Shown here piece after piece: positions 16,880 through 24,128 of a DNA stretch of 32,000 nucleotides. A program made the position numbers and the translations under genes. Below the pieces are notes generated by a model that had not been told where the DNA came from, did not search any database, and saw only the letters and a program-made list of their open reading frames with translations. Every line of letters begins with the position of its first letter. The stretch's first letter is position 1. The stretch comes from Nitrosopumilaceae archaeon (GTDB taxonomy: Archaea; Thermoproteota; Nitrososphaeria; Nitrososphaerales; Nitrosopumilaceae): assembly GCA_035455245.1 (NCBI GenBank), contig DATIFN010000016.1:73253-105252 (forward strand). Direction: 5' to 3'.

Positions 16880-17743
16880 TTAATAATTTTTAATTAAGAG
16901 TTCTGAATGTCCAGTTCTATTTTTTGAATCTGAATTTATGAAACGGTTCGAGCTTATTTCTATCGTTTTATCTGAATAACCTTCAAACAGATCTAGAACT
17001 TCATCAGATTTTGAGTTTGAAAGCATTACCTTACAACCTTTAGAGTCTAATCTTTGAAATTCCAAAAATAACCTTTCTTGATCTTCATAACCAAAGCTAT
17101 CATTTGTATAGCTAGTAAAGTTTGAGGTTTGACTTACCGGTTGGTAGGGGGGATCAAGGTATACGAAATCATTTTTTTGAACTCTTTCAAGAGTTTTTGA
17201 AAAATCTTGACATTTTATTGATATTTCTTTTGAACGCAGGACATGACTCACGGCTATGAGATTTTCCCTATTTACTATATTTGGATTCGTATATTTCCCA
17301 AGGGGTACGTTGAATTTTCCCTTACTATTTACTCTGTATAACCCATTAAAACAAGTTTTGTTGAGGAATATCAATCTAGACACCTTCTCAATCTGGTTTT
17401 TTGGATTACTTTCTCTTACTTCATAATAGTATTCTTTAGGATTTTTGAAATATTTTTCAGAATGTAGAGTCAGCGCAGAGATTAACTCCTCAACTCTATC
17501 GCGAATTGCAACATAAGAAAGAATTAGGTCAGAATTCAAATCTGATACAAAGCATTCTAGTTTCGGTATTTCTGTGATGAGATGAAACATTACTGCACCA
17601 CCTCCAAGAAATGGTTCAAAGTATGAATCAATTTTTTTTGGCATGTGTTTTGACAATATTGGCATGAGTTGTCGCTTTCCACCTGCCCACTTGACAAATG
17701 GTTTTGGTGCAAAAGATAGGAGTTGCTTGTACTGCTGTTTCAA
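16880..17743 (-). CDS. Dam-family (D12 class) N6-adenine DNA methyltransferase, no adjacent restriction partner
   Basis: FVKWAGGKRQL N-terminal motif, FLGGGAV SAM-binding motif, and catalytic DPPY (YLDPPYQP). Confidence 0.88.
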   Translation of the reverse strand: MKQQYKQLLSFAPKPFVKWAGGKRQLMPILSKHMPKKIDSYFEPFLGGGAVMFHLITEIPKLECFVSDLNSDLILSYVAIRDRVEELISALTLHSEKYFKNPKEYYYEVRESNPKNQIEKVSRLIFLNKTCFNGLYRVNSKGKFNVPLGKYTNPNIVNRENLIAVSHVLRSKEISIKCQDFSKTLERVQKNDFVYLDPPYQPVSQTSNFTSYTNDSFGYEDQERLFLEFQRLDSKGCKVMLSNSKSDEVLDLFEGYSDKTIEISSNRFINSDSKNRTGHSELLIKNY

Positions 17744-17854
17744 TAATGATTAGTTTCAAAATTTTATTTCCTATCGTTTGACAATAAAAGATCACACAGT
17801 GTACAATAATATTTAATCTAAAGTTATGAGACGGATTTTTAAAATATAGTATAA

Positions 17855-17893
17855 GCTATCTAGATCAAAAATAAAGTAAAAGGAAAGGGAAGT
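17855..17893 (-). terminator. T-rich tract downstream of amoA
   Basis: The minus strand reads CTTCCCTTTCCTTTTACTTTATTTTTG directly after the amoA stop. Archaeal termination typically occurs at oligo-T. Confidence 0.4.
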
Positions 17894-18544
17894 TTAGTCC
17901 CACTTAGACCAAGCTGCCATCCATCTATACGTCCACGTAGTCAGTTTACAACCCAATGCAGTCATTGTGACTGTCAGTACAGCACTAGCGCCAGCACCGA
18001 GGGCAACTGGACTGTTATAGAACTTACCTACCTGGGGTTCTATTGGAGTCATGTATGGAGGCAATGTTGGTCTTGGATATTTGAATGCAGTCTCTAACGG
18101 ATCTGCTACTAGCAGGAGATTTATCATGTTAAACAATGGCAGAGACATTCCACATAGCACACCGCCCATTAGGATGAGAGAGTGCTTGTTCTTCTTTGTT
18201 GCCCAGTAAACAAGATCCATCAACATTGCTGATGGTATCCAGATTGGTGTAACAATGAAGTCGTATGGATATCCTAGTGAGAACCATGCTGCCTTTGCAA
18301 TCCACGTATACACTGTCATTATCAGTGCATAGTATGTTGCCGTTCCTGGAACTCCAGTAAACGTAAGGTAGTAGGCTGCACCGACTGCTAGCATGAGTGA
18401 TTGTGATAACGAAAATACCACAAATGATGTCCACGCCCAGTCCGAATAGAATATGTAGTCTCCAGCGTTAATTGTCAACAATGTAGAGTTGACTGCAACC
18501 ACTACTATGAATAAGTAGTGAGTACATCGTCTTAGCCAGACCAT
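17894..18544 (-). CDS. amoA: Ammonia monooxygenase subunit A (archaeal)
   Basis: 216 aa. MVWLRRCTHYLFIVVVAVNSTLLTINAGDYIFYSDWAWTSF and the rest match archaeal AmoA as I remember it. Multi-pass membrane protein. Confidence 0.97.
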   Translation of the reverse strand: MVWLRRCTHYLFIVVVAVNSTLLTINAGDYIFYSDWAWTSFVVFSLSQSLMLAVGAAYYLTFTGVPGTATYYALIMTVYTWIAKAAWFSLGYPYDFIVTPIWIPSAMLMDLVYWATKKNKHSLILMGGVLCGMSLPLFNMINLLLVADPLETAFKYPRPTLPPYMTPIEPQVGKFYNSPVALGAGASAVLTVTMTALGCKLTTWTYRWMAAWSKWD

Positions 18545-18566
18545 TATCCAGTAGAGAAGAGGTGTG

Positions 18567-18580
18567 ATATATAAAATTTT
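18567..18580 (-). promoter_or_regulatory. TATA-like element upstream of amoA
   Basis: The minus strand reads AAAATTTTATATAT, centred about 29 nt upstream of the amoA ATG (18544). This implies a very short or absent leader. Confidence 0.45.
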
Positions 18581-18623
18581 ATGCGTAATTACAGATCTGA
18601 TTTCAATACTCTATAGTAATTTG

Positions 18624-18655
18624 AAAAATAAGAAAAAGAAGTGTGAATTGATGTC
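18624..18655 (-). terminator. T-rich tract downstream of amoX containing the recurrent 15-mer
   Basis: The minus strand reads CACACTTCTTTTTCTTATTTTTC after the amoX stop. The plus-strand 15-mer AAAATAAGAAAAAGA is at 18625-18639. Confidence 0.45.
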
Positions 18656-19009
18656 CTAACCGTTAATGAATGTGACCATCAATACTGTTGCGACAGCAAC
18701 TGCTGCAAGAACGCCCGCTACTATTCCATTGCTATTCTTTCCAGAACCCTCTTCGCCTACTTTAACACAGAAGAGATAACCGATTGCCTCAACTATGGTC
18801 AGAACAATAAATGCATAATGTCCACTTGGTGCAGGATATGCCCATGGATAGTAGAAATATCCAACCGCAGTTCCACCAAATGTTGCTAACCAAGCAGCAA
18901 TGAAGGAAATTGTGAATATTCCTGTGTAGTTCTCGATTCGTCTACCTATCATCTTACTTACATCAGAACTAGACGCTCCGCCAGAACCGAATCCTTTTGG
19001 TAAGGTCAT
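18656..19009 (-). CDS. amoX: Small 3-TM membrane protein between amoA and amoC (amoX position)
   Basis: 117 aa with three hydrophobic helices. It sits in the conserved slot between amoA and amoC, as in Nitrosopumilus genomes. Called from synteny. Confidence 0.7.
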   Translation of the reverse strand: MTLPKGFGSGGASSSDVSKMIGRRIENYTGIFTISFIAAWLATFGGTAVGYFYYPWAYPAPSGHYAFIVLTIVEAIGYLFCVKVGEEGSGKNSNGIVAGVLAAVAVATVLMVTFING

Positions 19010-19028
19010 TTGGCAATATAATAGTCCG

Positions 19029-19040
19029 TATACTTTTAAG
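19029..19040 (-). promoter_or_regulatory. TATA-like element upstream of amoX
   Basis: The minus strand reads CTTAAAAGTATA, centred about 26 nt upstream of the amoX ATG (19009). Confidence 0.4.
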
Positions 19041-19079
19041 TCTTTCTTGTACTTGAGACGGAACTTCCGTTAGGAGATT

Positions 19080-19111
19080 AAAAATAAGAAAAAGAGTGCG
19101 CTTTTGCGCGT
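19080..19111 (-). terminator. Short GC hairpin plus T-tract downstream of amoC
   Basis: GCGC-TTTT-GCGC hairpin core (about 19096-19111), followed on the minus strand by TCTTTTTCTTATTTT (plus-strand 15-mer at 19081-19095). Confidence 0.5.
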
Positions 19112-19117
19112 ACTTTT

Positions 19118-19681
19118 CTATGGGATGGATCTGCTGTACAGTTTGCCTTCTAGGGCCATCTTGTACATTTCAGCAACATATGGATTCTCACCTGGGGTTT
19201 CTGCTCCAAGTTCGACCAGTCGCGCATATACTCTAACTACATAGGCAAGTGCGCCCATGAATGCAACGACTACACCCATATTGAACATCCAGTGGTTTGG
19301 TACTGCAAAGATTTCTTCTACATACCAAAAGTGCCACATCTCGTTGACACCAATTGTAAACATGGTTGCCAGATAACCAAGAATAGTCATCTTCAGACCA
19401 GTGTTCATGGAGTTGTTTGGACCCCTTAGAATTGGTACCTTTCTATCATAGATTGAGACAGCACCCCAACCTAGTGGCAGTGCAACAAAGTGGCTGTAGA
19501 GCCACCAGTGTGCTGGTGTGAATGCACTATCTCTGATAGAAGTTTGATGTAATGAACCATCGACAAAGTTGTCGACTTCCACGGATGCCGCTGTAGATCC
19601 CATTGCGATGACGATCATCCAAATCTTTTTCAATCTTTGGATCTCGACTTCTTTTGGAATTAGTGCCGGCATTTGTGCCAT
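19118..19681 (-). CDS. amoC: Ammonia monooxygenase subunit C (archaeal)
   Basis: MAQMPALIPKEVEIQRLKKIW... is a multi-pass membrane protein typical of archaeal AmoC. Start set at ATG 19681 because a TATA-like element (19703-19712) lies too close to the upstream ATG at 19699. Confidence 0.95.
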   Translation of the reverse strand: MAQMPALIPKEVEIQRLKKIWMIVIAMGSTAASVEVDNFVDGSLHQTSIRDSAFTPAHWWLYSHFVALPLGWGAVSIYDRKVPILRGPNNSMNTGLKMTILGYLATMFTIGVNEMWHFWYVEEIFAVPNHWMFNMGVVVAFMGALAYVVRVYARLVELGAETPGENPYVAEMYKMALEGKLYSRSIP

Positions 19682-19702
19682 GTTGCATATGATGTTCATT
19701 CT

Positions 19703-19712
19703 GTATATAAAG
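19703..19712 (-). promoter_or_regulatory. TATA-like element upstream of amoC
   Basis: The minus strand reads CTTTATATAC, centred about 26 nt upstream of ATG 19681. This is consistent with a leaderless mRNA. Confidence 0.45.
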
Positions 19713-19902
19713 TATGAACTATTACTTTCATCTTTTTTGTACTATTTTATGCATTAATACATAAAATTATTATAAAAATTTGTGTAAAAACTTTTTTATA
19801 TATATATAAAATATAATATCAAAAAACCACTTACAGATGATAAACATCAGTGATGAGCTTGTTTTTTTCTCCAAAACCTCTTCTGGTACTGATTACAAGG
19901 GC

Positions 19903-19912
19903 AAAACATATA
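19903..19912 (+). promoter_or_regulatory. Candidate TATA-like element upstream of amoB
   Basis: AAACATATAT lies about 38 nt upstream of ATG 19946. A stronger AT tract (TTTTTTATATATATATAAAATATAAT, about 19792-19818) lies further upstream, so the assignment is uncertain. Confidence 0.3.
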
Positions 19913-19945
19913 TCGTTGGTCTTTCTGTCATGGAATAGTTACGGC

Positions 19946-20518
19946 ATGACTATGATAAATAAAAAATTAATCGTAGCAGCACTTGGTGTGCTTGTTGCAT
20001 TAGGAGCAGTAGGTCCAACAATTGCTCAAATGATTCAACAAGCAGAAGCACACGGTGTACAGGCACAACTCCAGAGTCGTTTCGTTAGGATTGAAGATGA
20101 GACATTTTCAAGACAATCACTGCATACAGGAGAACTCTTGACAGTGAAAGGTACATTGGTTAGCCTCATACAACGAGACCTAAGAGGATGGCTTTCTGTT
20201 TACGGTGAATCAACAAACGCAGGTAACAGATGGGAGTTCATATCACGAGATCCACCCGGCAATGTCTTTGATATTCCAGGAAACGGTGTTGTAGACTACA
20301 CACTAGTAGTAAAAGCACTTGAACCAGGAGTCTATCACATGCACACACAACTTAACATTGCTTCAATCGGTCCAGGACTTGGTCCAGGGCAAACCGTCGT
20401 GGTCGAAGGCGAAAAGATACTAAAACCAATCCCGTATGGAAATATCGCATATCAATCGATAATCATCGCAGTTGGTTACGTAGTTACATTTGCAACCCGA
20501 CCGTGGCAAGTGATCTAA
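19946..20518 (+). CDS. amoB: Ammonia monooxygenase subunit B (archaeal, short form)
   Basis: MTMINKKLIVAALGVLVALGAVGPTIAQ signal/anchor, then AHGVQAQLQSRFV and a C-terminal TM. About 190 aa, as in archaeal AmoB. The GTG-initiated extension to 19850 is rejected. Confidence 0.92.
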   Translation: MTMINKKLIVAALGVLVALGAVGPTIAQMIQQAEAHGVQAQLQSRFVRIEDETFSRQSLHTGELLTVKGTLVSLIQRDLRGWLSVYGESTNAGNRWEFISRDPPGNVFDIPGNGVVDYTLVVKALEPGVYHMHTQLNIASIGPGLGPGQTVVVEGEKILKPIPYGNIAYQSIIIAVGYVVTFATRPWQVI

Positions 20519-20641
20519 AAAATCCCTCTCCTTTTCATTTTCTTAATTGTCAAACATAACGAAAGTAATAATTTGCCATTTTGATCAAAATACAGAAACA
20601 CATGGCAAAATCATTATAACCAAAGATATCGGAGTGGTCAT

Positions 20642-21181
20642 ATGATTTGGCCTGGAATGGGCGATCCTTCAAAACGCAAGCAAACCCTTCGATTTCTTGC
20701 CCTAACTGCAGGTATTGCAATATCCATAGGATTGGCAAGCACAGCTATCCAAAGTCAATTAAATGCGGATAATCCCCTGAAACAATGCATTGATAATCGT
20801 AATATCAACTACAAAATTTCTGCCACACTAGAAATATTCATCGATGGTGAAAAGGCAGAGATCCCTGCAAATATTGGTAAAAACCCCGGTTGCACACATT
20901 CTCTTTACACACTTTCAAACGATGGAGTGATTTATGCAGAGTGGGAAAAAGAATATCCTTTTGAGATAGGACATTTTTTGTGGACTTGGACCACCTACCA
21001 CAAAGATGGATTTCCTATGCGAGATATGGATGAGTCAAAATCAAGAATGTTAGTCAATGGTGTCGAGTCACCAGACTACATCAATTCTAGATTAGTAGAT
21101 GGTTATCATTACAGAGCAGAGTTTGTAACCAAGGGGGCAGATACTGCCAAAGAACATGATTTCCTACCGCCAAAATCCTAA
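20642..21181 (+). CDS. N-terminally membrane-anchored protein of unknown function, adjacent to amoB
   Basis: GGAGTG lies 5 nt upstream of the ATG. One TM (LRFLALTAGIAISIGLASTAI), then an extracytoplasmic domain of about 140 aa with two Cys and several His/Trp. Confidence 0.7.
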   Translation: MIWPGMGDPSKRKQTLRFLALTAGIAISIGLASTAIQSQLNADNPLKQCIDNRNINYKISATLEIFIDGEKAEIPANIGKNPGCTHSLYTLSNDGVIYAEWEKEYPFEIGHFLWTWTTYHKDGFPMRDMDESKSRMLVNGVESPDYINSRLVDGYHYRAEFVTKGADTAKEHDFLPPKS

Positions 21182-21250
21182 ACTAGATTATCATAATTTA
21201 GATAATCAAAATTAAAGGTAGAAATGAAAAATAAGGAAAAAGATTGAGGT

Positions 21251-21532
21251 TTACCAGTACTTTCCGTTGTCTGGTATAAGACCAATACCTTCTTTCTCGA
21301 AGTGTTTGTCGAGTTCAGATACCCATCTTTCTCGTGTGTCTCCTCCCAAACCGTGTACTCTCAACCAGAATGCTATGATTCCAAGTATGAATACTGCAAA
21401 CATGATAGTTCCAAATATGTAGACCATCACGTCGTAAAAGAGTGGGTCATAAGCTGGACCTATCTGACCTGCAAAGTTGGACAGAATACCTACGAGCAAA
21501 CCGAATATAGCGCTCATCATGTATGAAAACAT
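21251..21532 (-). CDS. Small 2-TM membrane protein (89-93 aa)
   Basis: Two hydrophobic helices followed by a charged C-terminal tail. A TATA-like GTATATATCA (plus 21541-21550) favours a start at M5/M6 (21520 or 21517). Confidence 0.65.
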   Translation of the reverse strand: MFSYMMSAIFGLLVGILSNFAGQIGPAYDPLFYDVMVYIFGTIMFAVFILGIIAFWLRVHGLGGDTRERWVSELDKHFEKEGIGLIPDNGKYW

Positions 21533-21621
21533 TTTACGTATGATATATACATTTCTGTTTCAACCAGGCTTGATATTGACATCTAACACTATATATTAAA
21601 AATAATAAAAAGGAAAAAAGT

Positions 21622-21930
21622 TTATTTTGCTTTTGCGAATTTGCCGCTTCTACTTCTCAGAATAAAGGCAATTGCAATACCGCCAAATACAGCGGCTACG
21701 ATTACAGAACCTCCGATGACACCGTTTGCATCAAGATATGGAGTACCAGATCCTGTTGCTGGGTTTTCTGCGGCTTTCGCTACTTTTGCTTTTGCAAGCG
21801 CTAACTGTTCCTCTAAGTTGACCTTTCCTCCTCCACCAACTCCTGCATATTGAGCAGCCGCCATTGGAAGGAAGGTAGATGCCACGAAGAGTGCCAGTAT
21901 GGTTGCGCCGATTACTATAGGTTTATTCAT
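21622..21930 (-). CDS. Small membrane or secreted protein with N-terminal signal/anchor and C-terminal TM plus basic tail (102 aa)
   Basis: Start set at ATG 21930 (MNKPIVIGATILALFVAS...) with AGGTG 8 nt upstream. Has a Gly/Ala-rich middle. The C-terminus is GGSVIVAAVFGGIAIAFILRSRSGKFAKAK. Confidence 0.65.
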   Translation of the reverse strand: MNKPIVIGATILALFVASTFLPMAAAQYAGVGGGGKVNLEEQLALAKAKVAKAAENPATGSGTPYLDANGVIGGSVIVAAVFGGIAIAFILRSRSGKFAKAK

Positions 21931-22046
21931 ATCATGCACCTTGACACAGAGTGACTTGCTTTGATATTTAACTTTTTTGTCAATTATTAAAAAATATTGC
22001 ATGTTTTGAGGCAACGTTTATGTTTTGCCCTTTGTCCAAGCGAGGT

Positions 22047-22496
22047 ATGGGACGACTACATTCACATAGGCATGGTCAATCACATTCGATTCGGCCTATT
22101 ACAGCAAGTTCTCCAAAATGGGTAAAACAAAATAACCAGGAAATTGAGGAGCTTGTTTTAAAATATGCTAAAGATGGTCTTACAACAAGTGAAATAGGTG
22201 TAAAACTTCGTGACCAATATGCAATCCCGTTGGTGCGACCAATAACAAAAAAATCGATAACCGAGATGCTCGAGGAAAAAGGATTCAAACAGGAGATGCC
22301 AGAAGATCTAAACAATATCGTTAGAAAAGCACTTGGATTACAAAAGCATCTTAAAACGCACACATCTGATAGGAGAAACGTTCGTTCCCTTGAATTGTTA
22401 GAAGCTAAAGTTCATAGATTATCATCTTATTACAAGAAAATTGGTCGCATACCGAAAACTTGGAAATATAAGTCAGTCATTGCTCAACTTGAGTAA
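22047..22496 (+). CDS. rps15: 30S ribosomal protein uS15 (S15P/S13e)
   Basis: MGRLHSHRHGQSHSIRP N-terminus and a C-terminal S15 helical domain. Start at ATG 22047. Confidence 0.9.
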   Translation: MGRLHSHRHGQSHSIRPITASSPKWVKQNNQEIEELVLKYAKDGLTTSEIGVKLRDQYAIPLVRPITKKSITEMLEEKGFKQEMPEDLNNIVRKALGLQKHLKTHTSDRRNVRSLELLEAKVHRLSSYYKKIGRIPKTWKYKSVIAQLE

Positions 22497-23917
22497 TGGT
22501 AAATGATCTGTCTGGTGCGTTATCCTATTTCCATGATAAAGTTTCTGATTGCATAAAAGCTGGAAAGAGCATATCTGTAATAACTCATCTTGATTGCGAT
22601 GGGATTACATCAGGAAGTATTATTACAAAATCGCTGATCAGATCGGGGGCCAGGTGCACAGTACGGACAGTAAATGAATTTAGTAAGAACATGATTGAGA
22701 AACTCAAAAATGATTCTCGTGATCTTCATGTCATAACAGACTTGGGTGGCGGATTTGCAAAAGACCTTGATGCAACCTTGGATGACAATTGGATTGTTGT
22801 TGACCACCATCAAATCCCAAAAGAAGAATTTGATAACGACCGTGTGATCAATGCGTGGAAATACAACGTTGATGGAGGTCGTGAGGTTTCTGCAGGTGGA
22901 ATGTGTTATTTGGTTTCAAAAGCGTTGCATAAAGAAAACACAGATCTTGCCTGGATTGCAGTAGTTTCAGCATTAGGAGACAGGCAAGATCAGGGAGAAA
23001 AAAAATCATTTACAGGAATTAATTTAGAAATCGCCTCAACTGCTAAGAAAAACGGTCAAGTTGAAATTGATCTTGATATATTGTTAGTTGGTAGGGAGAC
23101 TCGATCACTTCCTGATGCATTAGCTTTTACATCACATCCATTTATCGAAGGACTAACATGGAATCGTGATGCCTGTCTTTCTTTGCTAAACTCCTCAGGA
23201 ATTACGTTAAAAGATGGAAGTAGATGGCGTATTCCCGCAGAACTAATGGAAGATGAAAAAAGGATTTTGCTTGAATCTATTTCGAAATTTACAACTACCA
23301 AAAATGCAACGGACATAATGGATGAGCTTGTTGGATACACTTACACGCTTTCAGGGGAAGACAAACGCAGCTTCTTGCGTGACGCAAGAGAATTTTCCAC
23401 AATGCTAAATTCTTGTGGAAGAATTCGCAAGGCAGGAGTTGGGATTGCCATTTGTATGGGTGATAGAACAAAGATGCTTGAAGAAGGAGAAGGCATCCTG
23501 TTAGAATATCGCACTCTGTTACGAACATACATGAACACACTTGCAAGCGAACGCTGGAGAGTTGTAGACAATAGTCAATACGTCATGGTAAATGGAGAGG
23601 GATTGGTACCAGAAAACATGACCGGCGCAGTATCTTCATTGTTAGGTGGTTCACAGAAAAACAATGGAAAAATAATCATACTTCGAACAAATGGCGACGA
23701 AGGAACAATCAAATTTTCATCCAGGAAATCCACTGGATGTAAATCTGAGGTCAATCTTGGTTTGCTGATGAGATCATGTGCCGCTAAGGTTTCAGGGGTT
23801 GGTGGTGGCCATGATGCTGCAGCAGGTGCAAGAATAACTAAAGACAAATTAGACGAGTTTTTAGACTGTTTGGAAGAAAATGTCTCTGCAGTGCAAAGTC
23901 CAAGTAATTCTAAATAA
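22496..23917 (+). CDS. DHH/DHHA1 phosphoesterase, archaeal RecJ/Cdc45-like (GAN-type) protein
   Basis: DHH motifs HLDCDGITSG, ITDLGGG and VVDHH, plus DHHA1 GGGHDAAAGA. The ATG overlaps the S15 stop (TAATG). Confidence 0.85.
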   Translation: MVNDLSGALSYFHDKVSDCIKAGKSISVITHLDCDGITSGSIITKSLIRSGARCTVRTVNEFSKNMIEKLKNDSRDLHVITDLGGGFAKDLDATLDDNWIVVDHHQIPKEEFDNDRVINAWKYNVDGGREVSAGGMCYLVSKALHKENTDLAWIAVVSALGDRQDQGEKKSFTGINLEIASTAKKNGQVEIDLDILLVGRETRSLPDALAFTSHPFIEGLTWNRDACLSLLNSSGITLKDGSRWRIPAELMEDEKRILLESISKFTTTKNATDIMDELVGYTYTLSGEDKRSFLRDAREFSTMLNSCGRIRKAGVGIAICMGDRTKMLEEGEGILLEYRTLLRTYMNTLASERWRVVDNSQYVMVNGEGLVPENMTGAVSSLLGGSQKNNGKIIILRTNGDEGTIKFSSRKSTGCKSEVNLGLLMRSCAAKVSGVGGGHDAAAGARITKDKLDEFLDCLEENVSAVQSPSNSK

Positions 23918-24128
23918 TTTAACACCACAAAAAGCCGATTCTATTAGAAAGGCACTAGAGCCAGACAATGTAGATTTTCCAGAGGATTTATCATTTCAGA
24001 TTGAAAATGTTGACAACTCACTTGTCTTTACTTTTCAAGGCAAGGGAAATATACGAAATTTGATTTCTACTATTGATGAAGTCCTTGAACAAACCCAAAT
24101 TGTACTCAGAGTGACTACTGATGCTTGA
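23880..24128 (+). CDS. pcc1: KEOPS complex subunit Pcc1-like
   Basis: 82 aa. The pattern KVQVILNNLTPQKADSIRKALEPDN...LVFTFQGKGNIRNLISTIDEVL resembles archaeal Pcc1. Overlaps both neighbouring genes. Confidence 0.6.
   Translation: MSLQCKVQVILNNLTPQKADSIRKALEPDNVDFPEDLSFQIENVDNSLVFTFQGKGNIRNLISTIDEVLEQTQIVLRVTTDA

Noticed and set aside
16806-17893. Integrated mobile element at tRNA-Thr carrying the Dam gene
   Set aside because: There is no integrase and no direct repeat of the tRNA 3' end between 17744 and 17893. No other cargo genes are present, and I could see no obvious compositional break by eye. The orphan methyltransferase is reported, but an island claim is not supported.
19850-19945. 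GTG-initiated 32-codon N-terminal extension of amoB
   Set aside because: The extension precedes the obvious signal/anchor sequence (MTMINKKLIVAAL...) and would contain the candidate promoter. The ATG at 19946 gives the usual length of about 190 aa.
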